DNA of 64,000 nt, taken from assembly GCA_028534125.1 (NCBI GenBank), contig CM052817.1, positions 106,766,001-106,830,000 of the forward strand, in the 5' to 3' direction. Both the position numbers and the translations under genes were made by a program. This document shows positions 25,661 to 38,982 of this stretch, piece after piece. Every line of letters begins with the position of its first letter. The first letter of the stretch is position 1. The notes below the pieces were generated by a model. It saw nothing but the letters and a program-made list of their open reading frames with translations, was not told the origin of the DNA and did not search any database. This DNA is from Lama glama. Its lineage: Eukaryota.

Positions 25661-28619
25661 TCCCAGGCCACCAAAACGAGCTATCCTACCTGCATATCCA
25701 CGTCACACTGACAAGCACTGAATGCCTGCAAAGCAGGGGCACTCAGCTTAGCAGATCTAGCATAAATGATGAAAATTCAGGTGTGTCAGAAGGCAAAACA
25801 CTGACAAATGACCATATATATGGCCTCAATTAATATATTTTATACCACATTTAAAGATTTTTTTTCCTACACCCAAATTAGAAAAATATCTGGCACTGAT
25901 TTCGCCATTGACGAGCCTTAAATCTCCTAAGGAAGGAAATTGGAAAGAGGCAATGGAGAAAATATTTCTCTCCCCAGATCAAAAAAAAAGGTCCTAATGC
26001 TCCTCGTCTCCTCCACGCAAGCGGGAATTAGGAGTTAAATTCAGCTGGAATAATGATCATGCATCTTAAAAACTGCACCCAGAAATCTGGCTGCTCAAGT
26101 CACATAAAATTCATAGAACTCCTTTGCCCTTTTAAGATAACTTGTTTCTGTCATCAGCTAATCTAATAAAAGGTTTTTGCTCACATTAGGAGTTATTTAT
26201 ATGCTTATTTTATAATTCTAAAACATGTGGCAATAAAGTACATGCATAACATAAAATAACTAGGAAATGTTAATAGTTGATTAACCATTAAATTTAAAAA
26301 GAGAGCTATGGAACATAGATCTCATCTTAATGCAGTAAATTTAGGGACCTCACTCTGTTTCATTTCTTCTTTTTTAACAATAAATCCTTGCTTTGGGCTC
26401 TTATATTTAAAGACTGCCGAGCTGAACCTTGCAGGGGTCATAACTTGGTATTTTAAGGGACTTTTCCTTTGAGGAGGTCAAAGTAGAGGAATTAAATGTT
26501 TCACTCACTTGAAAAAGCTAGTCAGTAAAGGAAAAATACACACTGAAATCGCAGGAAATTCAAGACCCGTAGTTGAAAGCCATGTACAAGTAATTCAGGG
26601 AACAAGATGACATCTGTTTTATACGTGATACTAGGGTTCCCTACAGATAACTTCAGGTTTTACAGGGAAAAAAAACCTGAATCTATGCAATATTCAGTCA
26701 GATTAATATTCATGCTGTGACATTTGCACCGTGGGAGATACTGCACAATTATTCCTGTCCCACCAGCTACGTCTCTCTGACCCTCTTCTACAAACCTCCA
26801 AGGAAAACTCTGGCTTGGAGACCCATGACATTCGTCAGCCACTCCCAAGTGTAGGTCCCGTGGTGATGGGTGAAAACCATAGGGTGCCAATCTCGCACTG
26901 AAAAGCTAAGGCTTGTGGTTGATAAATCACTGATACTGTACTTAGATTTCCTGGCCTCAGCACAATGCTCACTGGGAGTTTATACGACAGTGTTTTCCAA
27001 CGCTAGATACTGGGTTTGTGTGAGTATGTTCGTCTGTGACATAAGCCAATAAGACTTATTCCTGTTCTTTACACCAGCAATCAAGACCACAACCACAGCA
27101 TCACCGCAGCCTGCTCCCTGGTGCCTAAAATGCACGCCTTGACTCTTCCCGCTTCAGCTCCTCTCTCCACTGTCTCCGCCCTGGTCCAAGCCCCATCACG
27201 GCCACCCAGAACTATTGCACCAGCCTCCGCACTGGCTCCTCCCCATCCTGTTTCTCTCATTATCTGGAAGCCAAATGACACTCTAGCCTTACTGACCTGA
27301 CAGATGCCGGAAAAAGGCCAACCTCTCTGACACTGTGGACACCATTTCCTGTTTCTGCCCTTCCCTGAATTCCTTTTGAAAAAAATAGCCAATGACCGCA
27401 AACAATGACTGGAAGAGCTCAACACACGCTCAGTGGTAAAAAGGGAACCCTCTTTCTCCAGGTGACACCAAAATTGCCCTCCCCGTACAAACGTTCTCAA
27501 TAAGCCATTGGCATTTCACTCAGAGAGACCATACAGGTGGACTGATTTAGCGGACTGTTTAGACATTTCATTTTTCTTATTGAAAACTAGAAATCTCTGC
27601 CAGAAAGGGGTCTCTGCATTTCATGAAATGCAGTCTTAGCAAAGTGTAACTCTGCTAAAATAAAGACGGCAACTTGAGACAGCAGTGTATCATCTATTTC
27701 ATAATGGCTGGGCAATCTTAATGTAAATCTTTGACATTGAAGAAAAGAAAAAGTATCCCAAGATGTGAAAACAGTCTCTTTATTTTTTAGGGAAAAAAAT
27801 GTTTTAATCTTTTTGGTATTCTTTAGGCAGTCAGTATGGAGGGTTTCCTTTACCAACTATGTTTGATAGTTACAAAGAAAGATTATCACTTTTTTGCTTT
27901 GTATTTTTTTAGCTAATCAAATAAGTAGCTAATTTATATTACTTGCCCCCCACAGACATTTCATTAGCACATTGAAAAGGTGAGAAAATAAGTTATTAAT
28001 ATGCAAAGATGCTTTCCTGAAGCAATTTAGAAGAGTATAGAGAAAAGGTAACTCTTTCTAGATCTCCACCATCACAAAGCTAAAAAATTATATTGAAATT
28101 CACCTATTTAACCTTCATAAATGAAGTAACTTGCATAGCTAACATTAAATGTTTGATTTAATTTACTCACACAGGTAACTCACTGAGAAGGCATTTAACC
28201 TTAAAGTTAATGGTATCAGATCTGTTCTACAGCGGATGTGCCTCCAATTGCTTCCTACCGCTCTGCACAAACTAATATTATGTTCACGTTTTAGTAATAT
28301 CCGTGGGCAGGAGGGAGACATTATCCTCAATTATAACCTGCGTAACATCTTTCTCAACTTCACCTGCCTTCCGCTTCAGGAGCAGTGGGTGAGGAAAGCA
28401 GGCAAAGGGCCAGATCACCTCGGAGAGCAGATTCAAGGAGAAACCGCTCAGAGAGGAGCAGGAGTGTCTGTTTCGATTGTGTCTATTTCCTTTTGATCGT
28501 CACACGTTGGCCACCTTCAGGATGAGCAGGGGGTTTTTGTTTGTATGTGGGGGTGGGGGTGGGGGGTTCTAAAGCTAGGAAGTGACCATAGAAGTACTAC
28601 ACATCTGTGGAGAATTTTT

Positions 28620-29060
28620 AACACACTTATTAAATTCACTCATTTACAGTGTGCGATTCAGGGTTCTTAGTATATTCACAGATACACAAAACCATCGCTA
28701 TGATAAATTTTATTAATTTTGCCTTCCCCTATATTGTCCTTCCTCCACCTTCCCTCTCCCCATCAGTAACCACTAGTTTGTTCCCTATGTCTGAGTGCGC
28801 TTCTTTGGTGTTGTATTCAATTCTTTGTTGTATTTTTAGATTCCACATATAAGTGACATCATACAGTATGTGTCTTTATCTGTCTGACTTATTTCACTCA
28901 GTATAATGCCCTCCAAATCCATCCATGTTCCTATAAATGGCAAATTTCATTCTTTTTTTATAGTTGAGTAGTATTCCATTATATGTTTATATATATATAT
29001 ACACACACACATATATACACGTATATATGTCTTCTTTTTCCATTCATCTGTTGATGGGAA
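28620..29060 (-). mobile_element. LINE-1 3' fragment
   Basis: 'tttagattccacatataagtgacatcatacagtatgtgtctttatctgtctgacttatttcactcag'. Confidence 0.85.
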
Positions 29061-29064
29061 CTCG

Positions 29065-29770
29065 GAAAAGAAGTTGTGGTATATACATTCAATAGAATAC
29101 TACTCAGCCATAAAAAAGAATAAAAGAATGTCATTTGCAGCAACATGGATGGACCTGGAGATTGCCATTCTAAGTGAAGTAAGCCAGAAAGAGAAAGAAA
29201 AATACCATAAGATATCATTTATATGTGGAATCTAAAAAAATGAGACAAATGAACTTATTTACAAAACAGAAACAGACTTACAGATATAGAAAACAAACTC
29301 ATGGTTACTAGAGGAGAATGGGGGTGGGGAGGGATAAATTGAGAGTTTAGGAATTTGTGGATACTAACTACTGTATACAAAATAGGTAAACAACAAGGTC
29401 CCACTGTATTAGCATCTGAATATACAGGTCCCACCTAATACTCGGTACCTTGTAATAGCCTATAATGAAAATAATATGAAAAAAATGCATAAAATATATA
29501 AAACTAAGGGAGAAGGTATAGCTCAGTGGTAGAGTGTGTGCTTAGCATGCACAAGGTCTTAAGTTCAATCCCCAGTACCTCTATCAAAAAAAAAAAAACT
29601 TAATTACCTCCCCCCAAAAATAAATTTAAAATTAAAAATAAATAAATAAATAAACCTAATTACCTCCCCCCAAAGAAACACACATAAAACATATATATAA
29701 CTACATCACTATGTTGTACACCAGAAATTAACACAACATTGTAAACCAACTATACTTCAATTAAAAAAAT
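29065..29770 (+). mobile_element. 5'-truncated LINE-1 3' end, interrupted by a SINE
   Basis: 'atttgcagcaacatggatggacctggagattgccattctaagtgaagtaagccag' through 'ctatacttcaattaaaaaaa'. Confidence 0.9.
29508..29675 (+). mobile_element. tRNA-Ala-derived camelid-type SINE with duplicated tail module
   Basis: 'ggtatagctcagtggtagagtgtgtgcttagcatgcacaaggtcttaagttcaatccccagtacctc', with 'taattacctcccccc' present twice. Confidence 0.9.
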
Positions 29771-31652
29771 TTTTTTAATCAGTAAAAGTCTCTTTAACTC
29801 TTATCACAATGAAACAAAGATAATCAAAATTATTTTTTGAGAAAAAATTCAGGAATGCCCTTCTGAAAACAACTGTGAGAGTTGCTCATGGAAATCCTCC
29901 TTTCTGCAGAATTCTAAAGGCTTTTCAGCACTCATGCCTTGTTCTCTTAGAATGAGACATCACTGGGTAACTTCCCTAGAAAATATAGGTAAAGACTCAC
30001 AGTCCTTGCCCAAGGTCTAGATGGAGTTAGCCCAGGACCCCCTCAATATCAAGTTGTAGACCTTCCTGGGTCATAATTACTGCATTTTTCCACATAGGGA
30101 GTTCTTTCCTAACATATGGTCTGACCCTGGGATAGAACATCTTAAATGGAGCCACTTAGAAAATTGGGGACATAAAACAAAAGAATTTTTTAATGTCAGA
30201 TTTAAAAGTTGATGTGAAATTAAATATTTGTAGTTTTTTTCTTCTGTTTTCTTTGAGGCTGATTTTTAAGTTTTGTGTTTGTTTGTTTGTTTGTTTTAAC
30301 ATGGAAGTTCTTTAGTTATTGGTCGGAGGAAAAATCTTCAGTCCTAACACAAAGAGCCATGGACTGTTCCCCAAGGTTAAGACACAGGAGAGGTGGGATG
30401 GGCCAGAAGAGGCAAGAGTTGGCAGCAAAGAGAAATGTGAATGAGGCAGGTGCGTGATTATGTCAATACTGGGTAGGGCCCAGAGACGAAGGGTGGGAAA
30501 TAAAATGTGACCCTAATTACTACTAAAAAATTATCACCAAACTACGTGGCTATTTTTGAAATGTAAAATTATCTCCAGTCCAACAGGACTGCAAGATATA
30601 TTTTATCATAATTGAAAATAGATTGTTTTTAAATGCCTCCTGCAATGGCAATGCAGGGCAAGCCAGGAGTGCATTTAGTGAGACATAATACATTTAACTA
30701 CACAAGAGAGAGACTGTTAAAAAGAAAAACTCAGCCAGAGAGATTAATTCTCCACATTTACATTTTTCTGGTCACAAAACATTTTCCCTCTGATACAAAA
30801 TCTTTTACCTCATACACTCACCCTGGGCACAGCATACTCCTTCGCCCTTCTTCTTTTTTTTTTTTTTTTTTTTTTTTTTTCCCTTCCAGCTCACAGTTTG
30901 ACTTTGGTTTGCTGTCATTAGCATCACCTGCAGGAAATCATCATCTTCACTTGTCCAGTTACAGACAACATAAAAATGCCATGTTTCTTATTTCCACACC
31001 AGACTTGACAGGACTTGACTCTAAATCACAGAAGCTACTTGTCAGTTTCTATGACTTAAAGTTAATTTTCATTCAGCTTTCTCTTCTTTTTATTTCACCT
31101 TTCTTATGGGTAATGACCAGAGTGAAAATGATGGTTTAAGAGCTTCTCCCCCACAGACCCCTACCTTCCTCACCACGGATTTACAGCACACTTTTCCCCA
31201 GGGAAATTTTTGTATATCTCCCCTCCCGTCAATGGTAAAAAAGTCTTTTTTTTAAAAAAAAAAGTATAGCTACTTTCTTACACCCTTTAGGGACAAGTTC
31301 CTTCCCTTACACCACAGTGGAGAACAGTTACCACCATCAATGAAGAAAACGGAACATTTGGTGTCCTACGAAGGAACTCAGGGTGACGACTGCTACTCAT
31401 TTCCTTCTGCTGATGTCAAAACCAGCTTATAGACACACAGACACAAAGTCAACTACCTCTGTGACTGCAATCAAGGTAGATATATGACAGCACTAGCAAA
31501 TTAGGGAAATAAGAGGTCACTCTCCTTTCAATTTGAAGAAAAACATTATAGTAAAGATGAGACAGCTAAGTAACTTAAAATTTCATTGAATTGAAGTTGC
31601 GTTTTTATCCTTATTTTCTGCATAAAAGAAGCAACAATGAAAATATTGGGTA

Positions 31653-31838
31653 CTATGTATAAAATAGATAATAAGGACCTACTATTTAAACTATACGCAC
31701 TTTCTTGTAATAAGCTATAGTGGAAAAGAATATGAAATATATATATATGCATATGTATAACTGAATCAGTGTGATGTACATCTGAAACTAACATTGTAAG
31801 TCAACTACACTTCAATAAAGAAATAAATTTTTTTTAAA
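31653..31838 (+). mobile_element. Short L1 3'-end insertion
   Basis: L1 3' UTR text flanked by TSD aatgaa(a)atattgggta at about 31636-31652 and 31840-31855. Confidence 0.88.
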
Positions 31839-32699
31839 AAATGAAATATTGGGTAACTACTCCAAGCAGAAAATAAGCTAATAGAAAAGTTTATTTTGTT
31901 CAATGCATGTTATCTTGGCCTCCCTTGAGATCACTGGCTTTTTTTTCAGACTTTCCATTTTCCTTTTTGGGGGGTGGTAGGGTGGGGGTTAAAGATTTAA
32001 AAATTCTAAGATTTTAAAATGTCTGACTTGCAGGACACACTTCTAGATTTCCATGGGAACCAGGATTCACGTTGAAATATAAGATAATATTCTAACCAAT
32101 GTTCCGAAACACCTCCAGGGCTCCTGTGTAGCGCTGTTCAAGCCATCATTATGGAGCTTTTGTAGGTGAATTTCAGAGCTCCTCTGGATTACTTGAAAAT
32201 GTGTCTTGAAGATAAAACGTCTTTCATTGCCAATGTCTCCTGCCTTTATATACTTATCTTTGATCTTCTCTGTTTCTATGTTACTTTCTTTAAGAAAAAA
32301 AATATATATATGCCATCGCAATTTAGACTCCAGGAATTTACTCCCAATTCAATTTATGCTACCCTAAAATCTAAACTCCAGTCATTTTTTTTAAATCCAG
32401 GGAAAAAATTTCATCAGAGGTAGTAATGTATCAGTCCCCAAGGCTATCTCAACTATAAATGGTCTTTATCATTTATTAATTAATTGAAACATCTTCACCC
32501 AAAATCACTGATTTGCACAATTTCTTTTTAATGCTAGTTGCTATGTTGGGAATACCAGCATGCACTGATTTAGAGGAAATATCCAAAACCATTTTCCTGA
32601 GAGTAGAGGGAAGTCCCTATATTGTATGTGAGACTTAATCCCACATCGTGCTACAGTGTTTGATACGAATCTCCTGTCTTAAAGGAGCCTTTGTTTTTC

Positions 32700-33232
32700 A
32701 CTGTGGTAGCCAACATGTGTCTACTGAGCAGTAGAAATATGGCCAAGCAGAGTTGGGATGTGCCTTAAATGTAAAACACACATTAGATTTTAAAGACGTA
32801 GTATGCATTCACACAAGAAAGGGAAAAAAAGGTAAATAGATGAGATAGTAGATGTGTTTTAATTTATATGAGATGGTGGATGTGTTTTAATTAACTCAAT
32901 GTGGGGGAGTCCTTTCACAATTTTCACATATATCAAATCATCACGTTGTACATTTTAAATCTCTTACAATTTTATTTGTCAATTATACCTCAATAAAGCT
33001 AAAACTTTTTTGATTTAGCATACAAAAAGAATGTAAAATATCCCATCAATACTTTTTATATAAACTGTATGTTAAAATGATAAAATTATGGATGTATTGA
33101 GTTAAATAAAATGTATTATCAAAATTGATTGTAACTTTTTTTTTTACTTTTTTGATATGGCTACAAAAAACTTTAAATTATGTACTTGGCATATATTATG
33201 CTGATGTAGATATATCATATTAATAGCACTGT
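32700..33232 (+). mobile_element. MER33-like hAT DNA transposon with nested L1 3' fragment (about 32810-33005)
   Basis: 'gtgccttaaatgtaaaacacacattagattttaaagac' ... 'aaaaagaatgtaaaatatcccatcaatac..ttgagttaaataaaatgtattatcaaaatt'. Confidence 0.75.
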
Positions 33233-34054
33233 TACATATTTTAATGGTATCATACAAGGGTTAGGATCATTGTTCTTTACTTCATCCCAGGGACAAACAC
33301 ATGTAGCCTTAGTCTCTGGCATAAAATAGGTGTTCAGTAAAGACTTTTTAAATAAAATAACAAACAAAAATTGAAAACAATTTCTCAGCTTCCAGGTATA
33401 TTTTCTCCCAGGAAACCACAATGTTTCATAACCATGCAGAAATGAACAATTTGCATATTTGAGACCTAGAGGAAGGCAAATACTAAGAAAGATAAATTTG
33501 GAAAGTGAAGAAATTGTGCTTAAAACAAAGAGTAAGTATTGGTTGTAGTTGCAAAACCAAAGGCAAAGACGGGAGAGATATTTACAAGGTGTAGTGAATG
33601 TGACAAAGAACATATCTGTATTATTCATAAGGGAATAACAAGGTATATGAAAGATCAACATAATTTATGTGAAATTTGGGCCACTTATTTCAAGAGTAAT
33701 TTGTGCAAAGTCATAATTCAAATAAGTTAAAACAATTGACTAATAGGTTTAATAGATTCTGAAAAGTATAAAAAGAAAAATTGGTTTTAAAATGTACAGT
33801 AATGGTTACTAGTGGCACCATATCTAAGCTGGCTATAAATGCTAACTATGCAAAGTTCACTTTTGTTAATACCCATCAGTTTTATCAGGTATTAGAAATA
33901 AGTTGAAAGTGAAGTATTTAACATACAGGGAAATTCTAAATGGTGGAAAACAAGCTAGGTAATTTGCAAAATTTGCAAAATATTTAGTAAGGGATAAATC
34001 TCTCAAGTTACTTTTGATTGTGAGTTAATAGGACATGAAATACCTAGAATGCAG

Positions 34055-34510
34055 CAATGGTATTACTAGTTGACAGGTAGAGTACTTAACATATGCTGGG
34101 CACTGTCTTAAGAAATTTACATAAATTAACTCATTTAATTTTCACAAGAATTTCATGATTATCTATGTTTTATAAATAAGAAGAGTGAAACAAGAGACCA
34201 ACTAACTTGTGTGTCCAAGATCACACAGGTGACTGGCATAGCCTGAATACAAACCCAGCAGTCTGGTGTCAGTACCCTTGCTTCTAATCACTCTGCTATG
34301 CATTTATGAGAACTTGTCATGCAATAGACGATTCAAATTATTTATTTAATCTTTATGCAATCCTATAGGAAGGTGCAACTACTACCAGTTTAAAAAATTA
34401 CAGGATCAGGACTCAGAGAAGTTAAGCCACTTGTCCAAATTGAGCCACTAGTAAATATCAGAAGCAAGATTTCAATCCAGACTCATCTGACTCCAAAACT
34501 TCTTCCTCTA
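34055..34510 (-). mobile_element. Two tandem MIR SINEs
   Basis: 'taactcatttaattttcacaag..gtccaagatcacacag' and 'ggactcagagaagttaagccacttgtccaa..gatttcaatccagactcatctgactccaaa'. Confidence 0.75.
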
Positions 34511-36660
34511 CCAGCCACATGGTGCTGAACATATAGAGCCTACAAGTGCCTTTGAACAAACCTCTTGTCTCTGAGTATCTATTCATTGCACAGCTCGGTC
34601 AAAGCAGATCAAGATTATTTGTACCAAGCATTCTGAAGCACCTTCTCTTTTGAAAATAGAACAATATCCAATCTGGTAAAAACTGGTTATTTTCTCGTAA
34701 ATATTTACTCTGAAACTGCACAGACCTTTACTCTGCTGTTTACTATATGTTTTTATTTTTAAATCTTACAGTATCTGCCAAAATAGATATAAAGCAGCAA
34801 ACAATGCTGTGAACGCTAGGTACAAGGATAGAGCGTCAGGACCCTGGAGAGCTCCACCGAGCTTCTGCTCATCGCTGCCCCCCACCACACACACACACAA
34901 AAGGCTGGATTTTGAGACAGCATCTGCAAACTGCAGAAAGCTCTTCTTCCAAACAAAGGAAATCTTCTGCGTTTACTTGAACCTCACCCACAAATACATA
35001 ATAAGTCCCAAAGGTCAGTGAATAGTTAAAACAGAGAGGTACATGGTCAACTTTTTCTTTTTTGTCCTTTAAGAAATAAAATGAGGGGAAAGTGAAGGAA
35101 GGTTAGTGCTAATTGTGCTGAAGAATTAGATTGCAGGAAAGTTAGAAATGAAAAGTTATGCTTTCCCTAGAAACTATAACTTGGCATAGTCTATATAAGG
35201 GCATAAATATAACAGCAAACACAGTACATAAAACACTATCGTGTGTGCAAGGAACGAATAACAATAGCTGAGAGGATCATAATTTTGACTTTGTTGACTT
35301 TTATGAGTTTCAAACCTCAGCCACCATGTTGCATTAACACATACAAGTTTTTCAACCAACCTTGACTTAGTTTTTACCTCTCTCTATGCAATTGTCTTCT
35401 GGTTTTTCTTGGCACTACATAGGCAAACGCAGTAACATTTGAACACGGACCTTCCACATCTGATTCTGATTCAAGTCTTGACCTTTATGGGAAAAATAGG
35501 AGAAGTGAGTATTTTATCCTGGGCCTCATTAAACAAAGGAAAAAGTGAAGGCAAAGCTTTCAGCTGTGCATGATTGTTAAACAGTCGGGGGGATGCAGAA
35601 ACTGCTGAATAAAACAAGTCACGCGTTGGGCCAGAAAGAAAGCTGAAGCAATCGTTTAAACCTGCACACTGCTGTTTTTTATTTAATGCTGAGGGGTGTT
35701 TACAATGCTGTGATTTCTGGAGAAAGGTTAATCCAGATGAGTAAAAGAGTAGCAGTAAACGAGACCGTTTCACACCAGCTCTTTACAGTGAATATTTTAG
35801 TAACCGTTGTGAATCCAAGTCAGCGGTGCAACCATGAAATGAAACAGAAAAGAAAGCAAATACTACCCTAAAGAATGAATTTTGATTTAAAGTAGAGGCA
35901 GAGGCATTTTCATTGCCCTCTGCCGTAGTGATGATGGGGTTGGGAAACAGTTTTCATCAGAGTCAAGTGCTCTTTCTGACCTTCTGTATTCTCAACTCAC
36001 CATCCTATTTGTGAACTTTAGAGGTAGGGAGGAATAAAACCCTCCACTCATTCTCCTTCCAGCTCTCATTTTGTTTCTTTTCCCCCCAGAGCTTCAAACT
36101 ATAGTAGCAATTCTCTCCTTGGAGAGCATTCCCTGACCTCTGCATCAAGTTATGTCAAAAACTATTCAATATTCTAAGCAGCTCCACCAGGGTACATGTT
36201 CTTGTCTTATTTCCTTCCCTGGAAAGTATCTGTATTGATCTCTCCAAAACCTTGAGACCAAAAGAAAATAGCAGGAGAGGCATTCTATAGGGGGAAATGC
36301 AGATTTGTACTGTCCCCTCCATTTTTTTCTTTCTTCCCAGAATATCAGTGCAGACAGAGCAATATTGGAAATTCAACATTAGTTTCTTTCTTCCTTCTTC
36401 CCCAAGGCTATGTTAATAGCAACCATCTATGTTCCTGTCTTCAGAACTTCAGGACCAAAGATCAATCAGTCATTGTTTTGACTTTTCCTTTGAAAGAACC
36501 ACCACCCAACCCAGAAGATGTAAATTTACCCCTAGGTTGTTCAGGACTTCTGTCAATAATCTCTTCAGCAATTCAAATTTGTTTGAGTTCAGTGGTTTTT
36601 GGGGGGTTTTTTGTTTTTCATTTTTTGGCTTTTTTGTGCCCAGTTCATGATTTTGAACTC

Positions 36661-37070
36661 TGTTAAAGAACAAATTACTCAGACACTTGTTAAAGATGGT
36701 AAGACAGACTTTATTCAAGGAGGGCCACTACACTGGGGTTTTGTAATAGAGGAGAGAGATTAAGCTCAACTCAGAAGACAGCAAGGATAAGTGGAGAATA
36801 AAGCCATGGACCAGAGTGGGGGTCAGTGGGTGGAAAACTACTAACAGGAAATATCAAGGCTGGGGGAATTCTGGCTAAGCTGACTTGACAGGATTTTTGC
36901 TGAAGCAAGGTAAGGGCAATAGGATATCAAGGGTGGTGCCTGGAAATTTGATCAGATCATCAAGGATGGAGGATTTTTGATAAAATGACCCAGCAGGATT
37001 CTTCTAAAACTTGACTAAATGGGCCAAGGACAGAGCCCAAGAGCAAGTCAAAGTGAGCCCAAGAGTCTTC
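36661..37070 (-). mobile_element. ERV1 solo LTR, MER31/MER67 group
   Basis: 'tgttaaagaacaaattactcagacacttgttaaagatggtaagacagactttattcaagg..ggccaaggacagagcccaag'; homologous to 24740-25179. Confidence 0.78.
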
Positions 37071-37492
37071 AGCAATTCACTTTTTAAAATTAACTGCATA
37101 TTTTTAGAAAAGAAGAGGAGGAAAATACAGCATGTTCAACATGACACACTACTCTGATGGTAACATACACTGTAAACAAGTGTGTTTCTGATACTGCAAC
37201 TTTTATATCCATGATTATTTTCAGAACAAATTTTGTTGCTTAACACATTCCAGTCTCTCCTACATAAAGCAATGCCAAAATGCCAGGAAAAGAAACAAAT
37301 CCCCTAAGCAAACTGGATACTTGGCTTATCATCTGAATGCTAAACTAACCAAAGCTTACGCTTATGAAGTGTTTTATATTTTAAGTTATTTTCACATAAG
37401 ACTATTACTGAATTAGTCCCACAGGCTGAGGCTCTCTGCCTGGGCAGCGGGGGTTTCCATTCAGTTCAAGTAGGTGAATAAGGAAACTAAAG

Positions 37493-37592
37493 NNNNNNNN
37501 NNNNNNNNNNNNNNNNNNNNNNNNNNNNNNNNNNNNNNNNNNNNNNNNNNNNNNNNNNNNNNNNNNNNNNNNNNNNNNNNNNNNNNNNNNNN
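37493..37592. other. Assembly gap (100 N)
   Basis: Run of exactly 100 N, typically a placeholder of unknown true size. Confidence 0.99.
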
Positions 37593-37625
37593 TTTGTTTG
37601 TAGCTTTCTTTCTTATCTCTGGACC

Positions 37626-38250
37626 TGAGATAGGAGGGAAGGGGGCAGGGCACAGCCATTCAAGGAATAACCCCCAGTAGGCCTTGAGGCTCAAGATGGC
37701 AGGAGATCTGACTTCTAGCAGACCTTGAGCTTCATTATACATCCATTACAATACATTAGCATGGCAAATGACATGCCCACAGGTGCCATGACAGCTCCAA
37801 CGCTAACCATAAAAGGGTCAAAGAGTGAGAAATGGCCAACTTCCAGAGACTCCCAGCCCCTTCCCCAGGGTAGTTAGAATAATCCTTCCACTTATTAGCA
37901 TATGAAGCCACCAAGCCCATAAAAACTAGCGACACCGCGCCTCATGGCCTCTTCACTCCCTCATCTTCAGAGACAGCCAGCTCTGTCTATGGAGTGTGTA
38001 TCTACTTTTACTTTAACCTGAGCACCCAGCCCCCACACCTCATGGCCTTTCTCTCACCTTCTGAAACAGCCTGCACGCGACACAGTATGTATCTCTCTAA
38101 ATAAATCTACTTTTGCTCAACAATGGCCCACTCTTGAGATCTTTCCTGCACAAAGCCAAGGACCCACACCTGGCCGGGCACATCCCAGGGACTCAACCGA
38201 GACCTGGGACTCAGCCCTCCTCATGCTCCACATCCCTTTTTCCTGCATCA
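37626..38250 (+). mobile_element. MER41-like ERV1 solo LTR, copy 2
   Basis: TG..CA ends, perfect TSD GACC (37622-37625 / 38251-38254); colinear with 21671-22321. Confidence 0.9.
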
Positions 38251-38982
38251 GACCCTTTAACTTAAAGATTTATGTTTACTTTGCTAAAGGTGGGGGGGTT
38301 GGTTGTCAGATTGTGAGCAAGGACAGTCTTGCTCAAAGTGGGGGTTGGGGGGTTTTGAACAAATACCTGGAGTAGTTCCGGCAAGAAAATTACTAATAAC
38401 TTACATGTACTGGATGTTAATGTATCACCTTCATTTTCAGTAAGAAAAAACTGAGACAAAGAGCATTACAAAGATACTGTGTTATAATTAGGATCCAAGC
38501 TCAGATGTGCAGTGAGTCACTGAAACCAAGCAGGACCCTGTGGGGCCCTCCCTGGTACAAATCCTTTCTGTGTCTCTCATTTCTGTTTGTAGGAACAAAA
38601 TTTTATTCAGGCTTGGAGACCTTCCCTGAGTCCCAAAGGGCAGATTTAAACAGTTGCTAATCAGGGAAGGGAGGGAATGCAGAGACAGAAGAAGAGCAGT
38701 CAAGAAACAGTAGGGCAGCCATAAAGCAGAGTCCTGGTTCCTCCTCAAGGAAGACACATAACAGTATCTTTGAATTCTTCTGCAGGAGCTAAGCTCTCCC
38801 CCCGACCCATGTGGAGGATGGTAACTTTAGGCTGAGCGCAAGACTCCTGGAGCACCGCCCTGTTACCTCACCACCAACCAATCAGAAAAAAACCTCACAC
38901 CCCGCAGCCCTCACACCAAATTTTGCCTATAAAAAATTCTCCCTGGATACCGTCAGGGAGTTCGGGGGTTTTGAGCACAAGT

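Noticed and set aside
30633..31139. 168-aa ORF with poly-Phe
   Set aside because: Poly-Phe derives from a T homopolymer (30854-30880); no coding signature
21671..38250. Two direct MER41-like LTRs as the ends of one 16-kb provirus
   Set aside because: Each has its own distinct TSD (CCTC versus GACC), and I see no primer-binding site or gag/pol/env sequence between them
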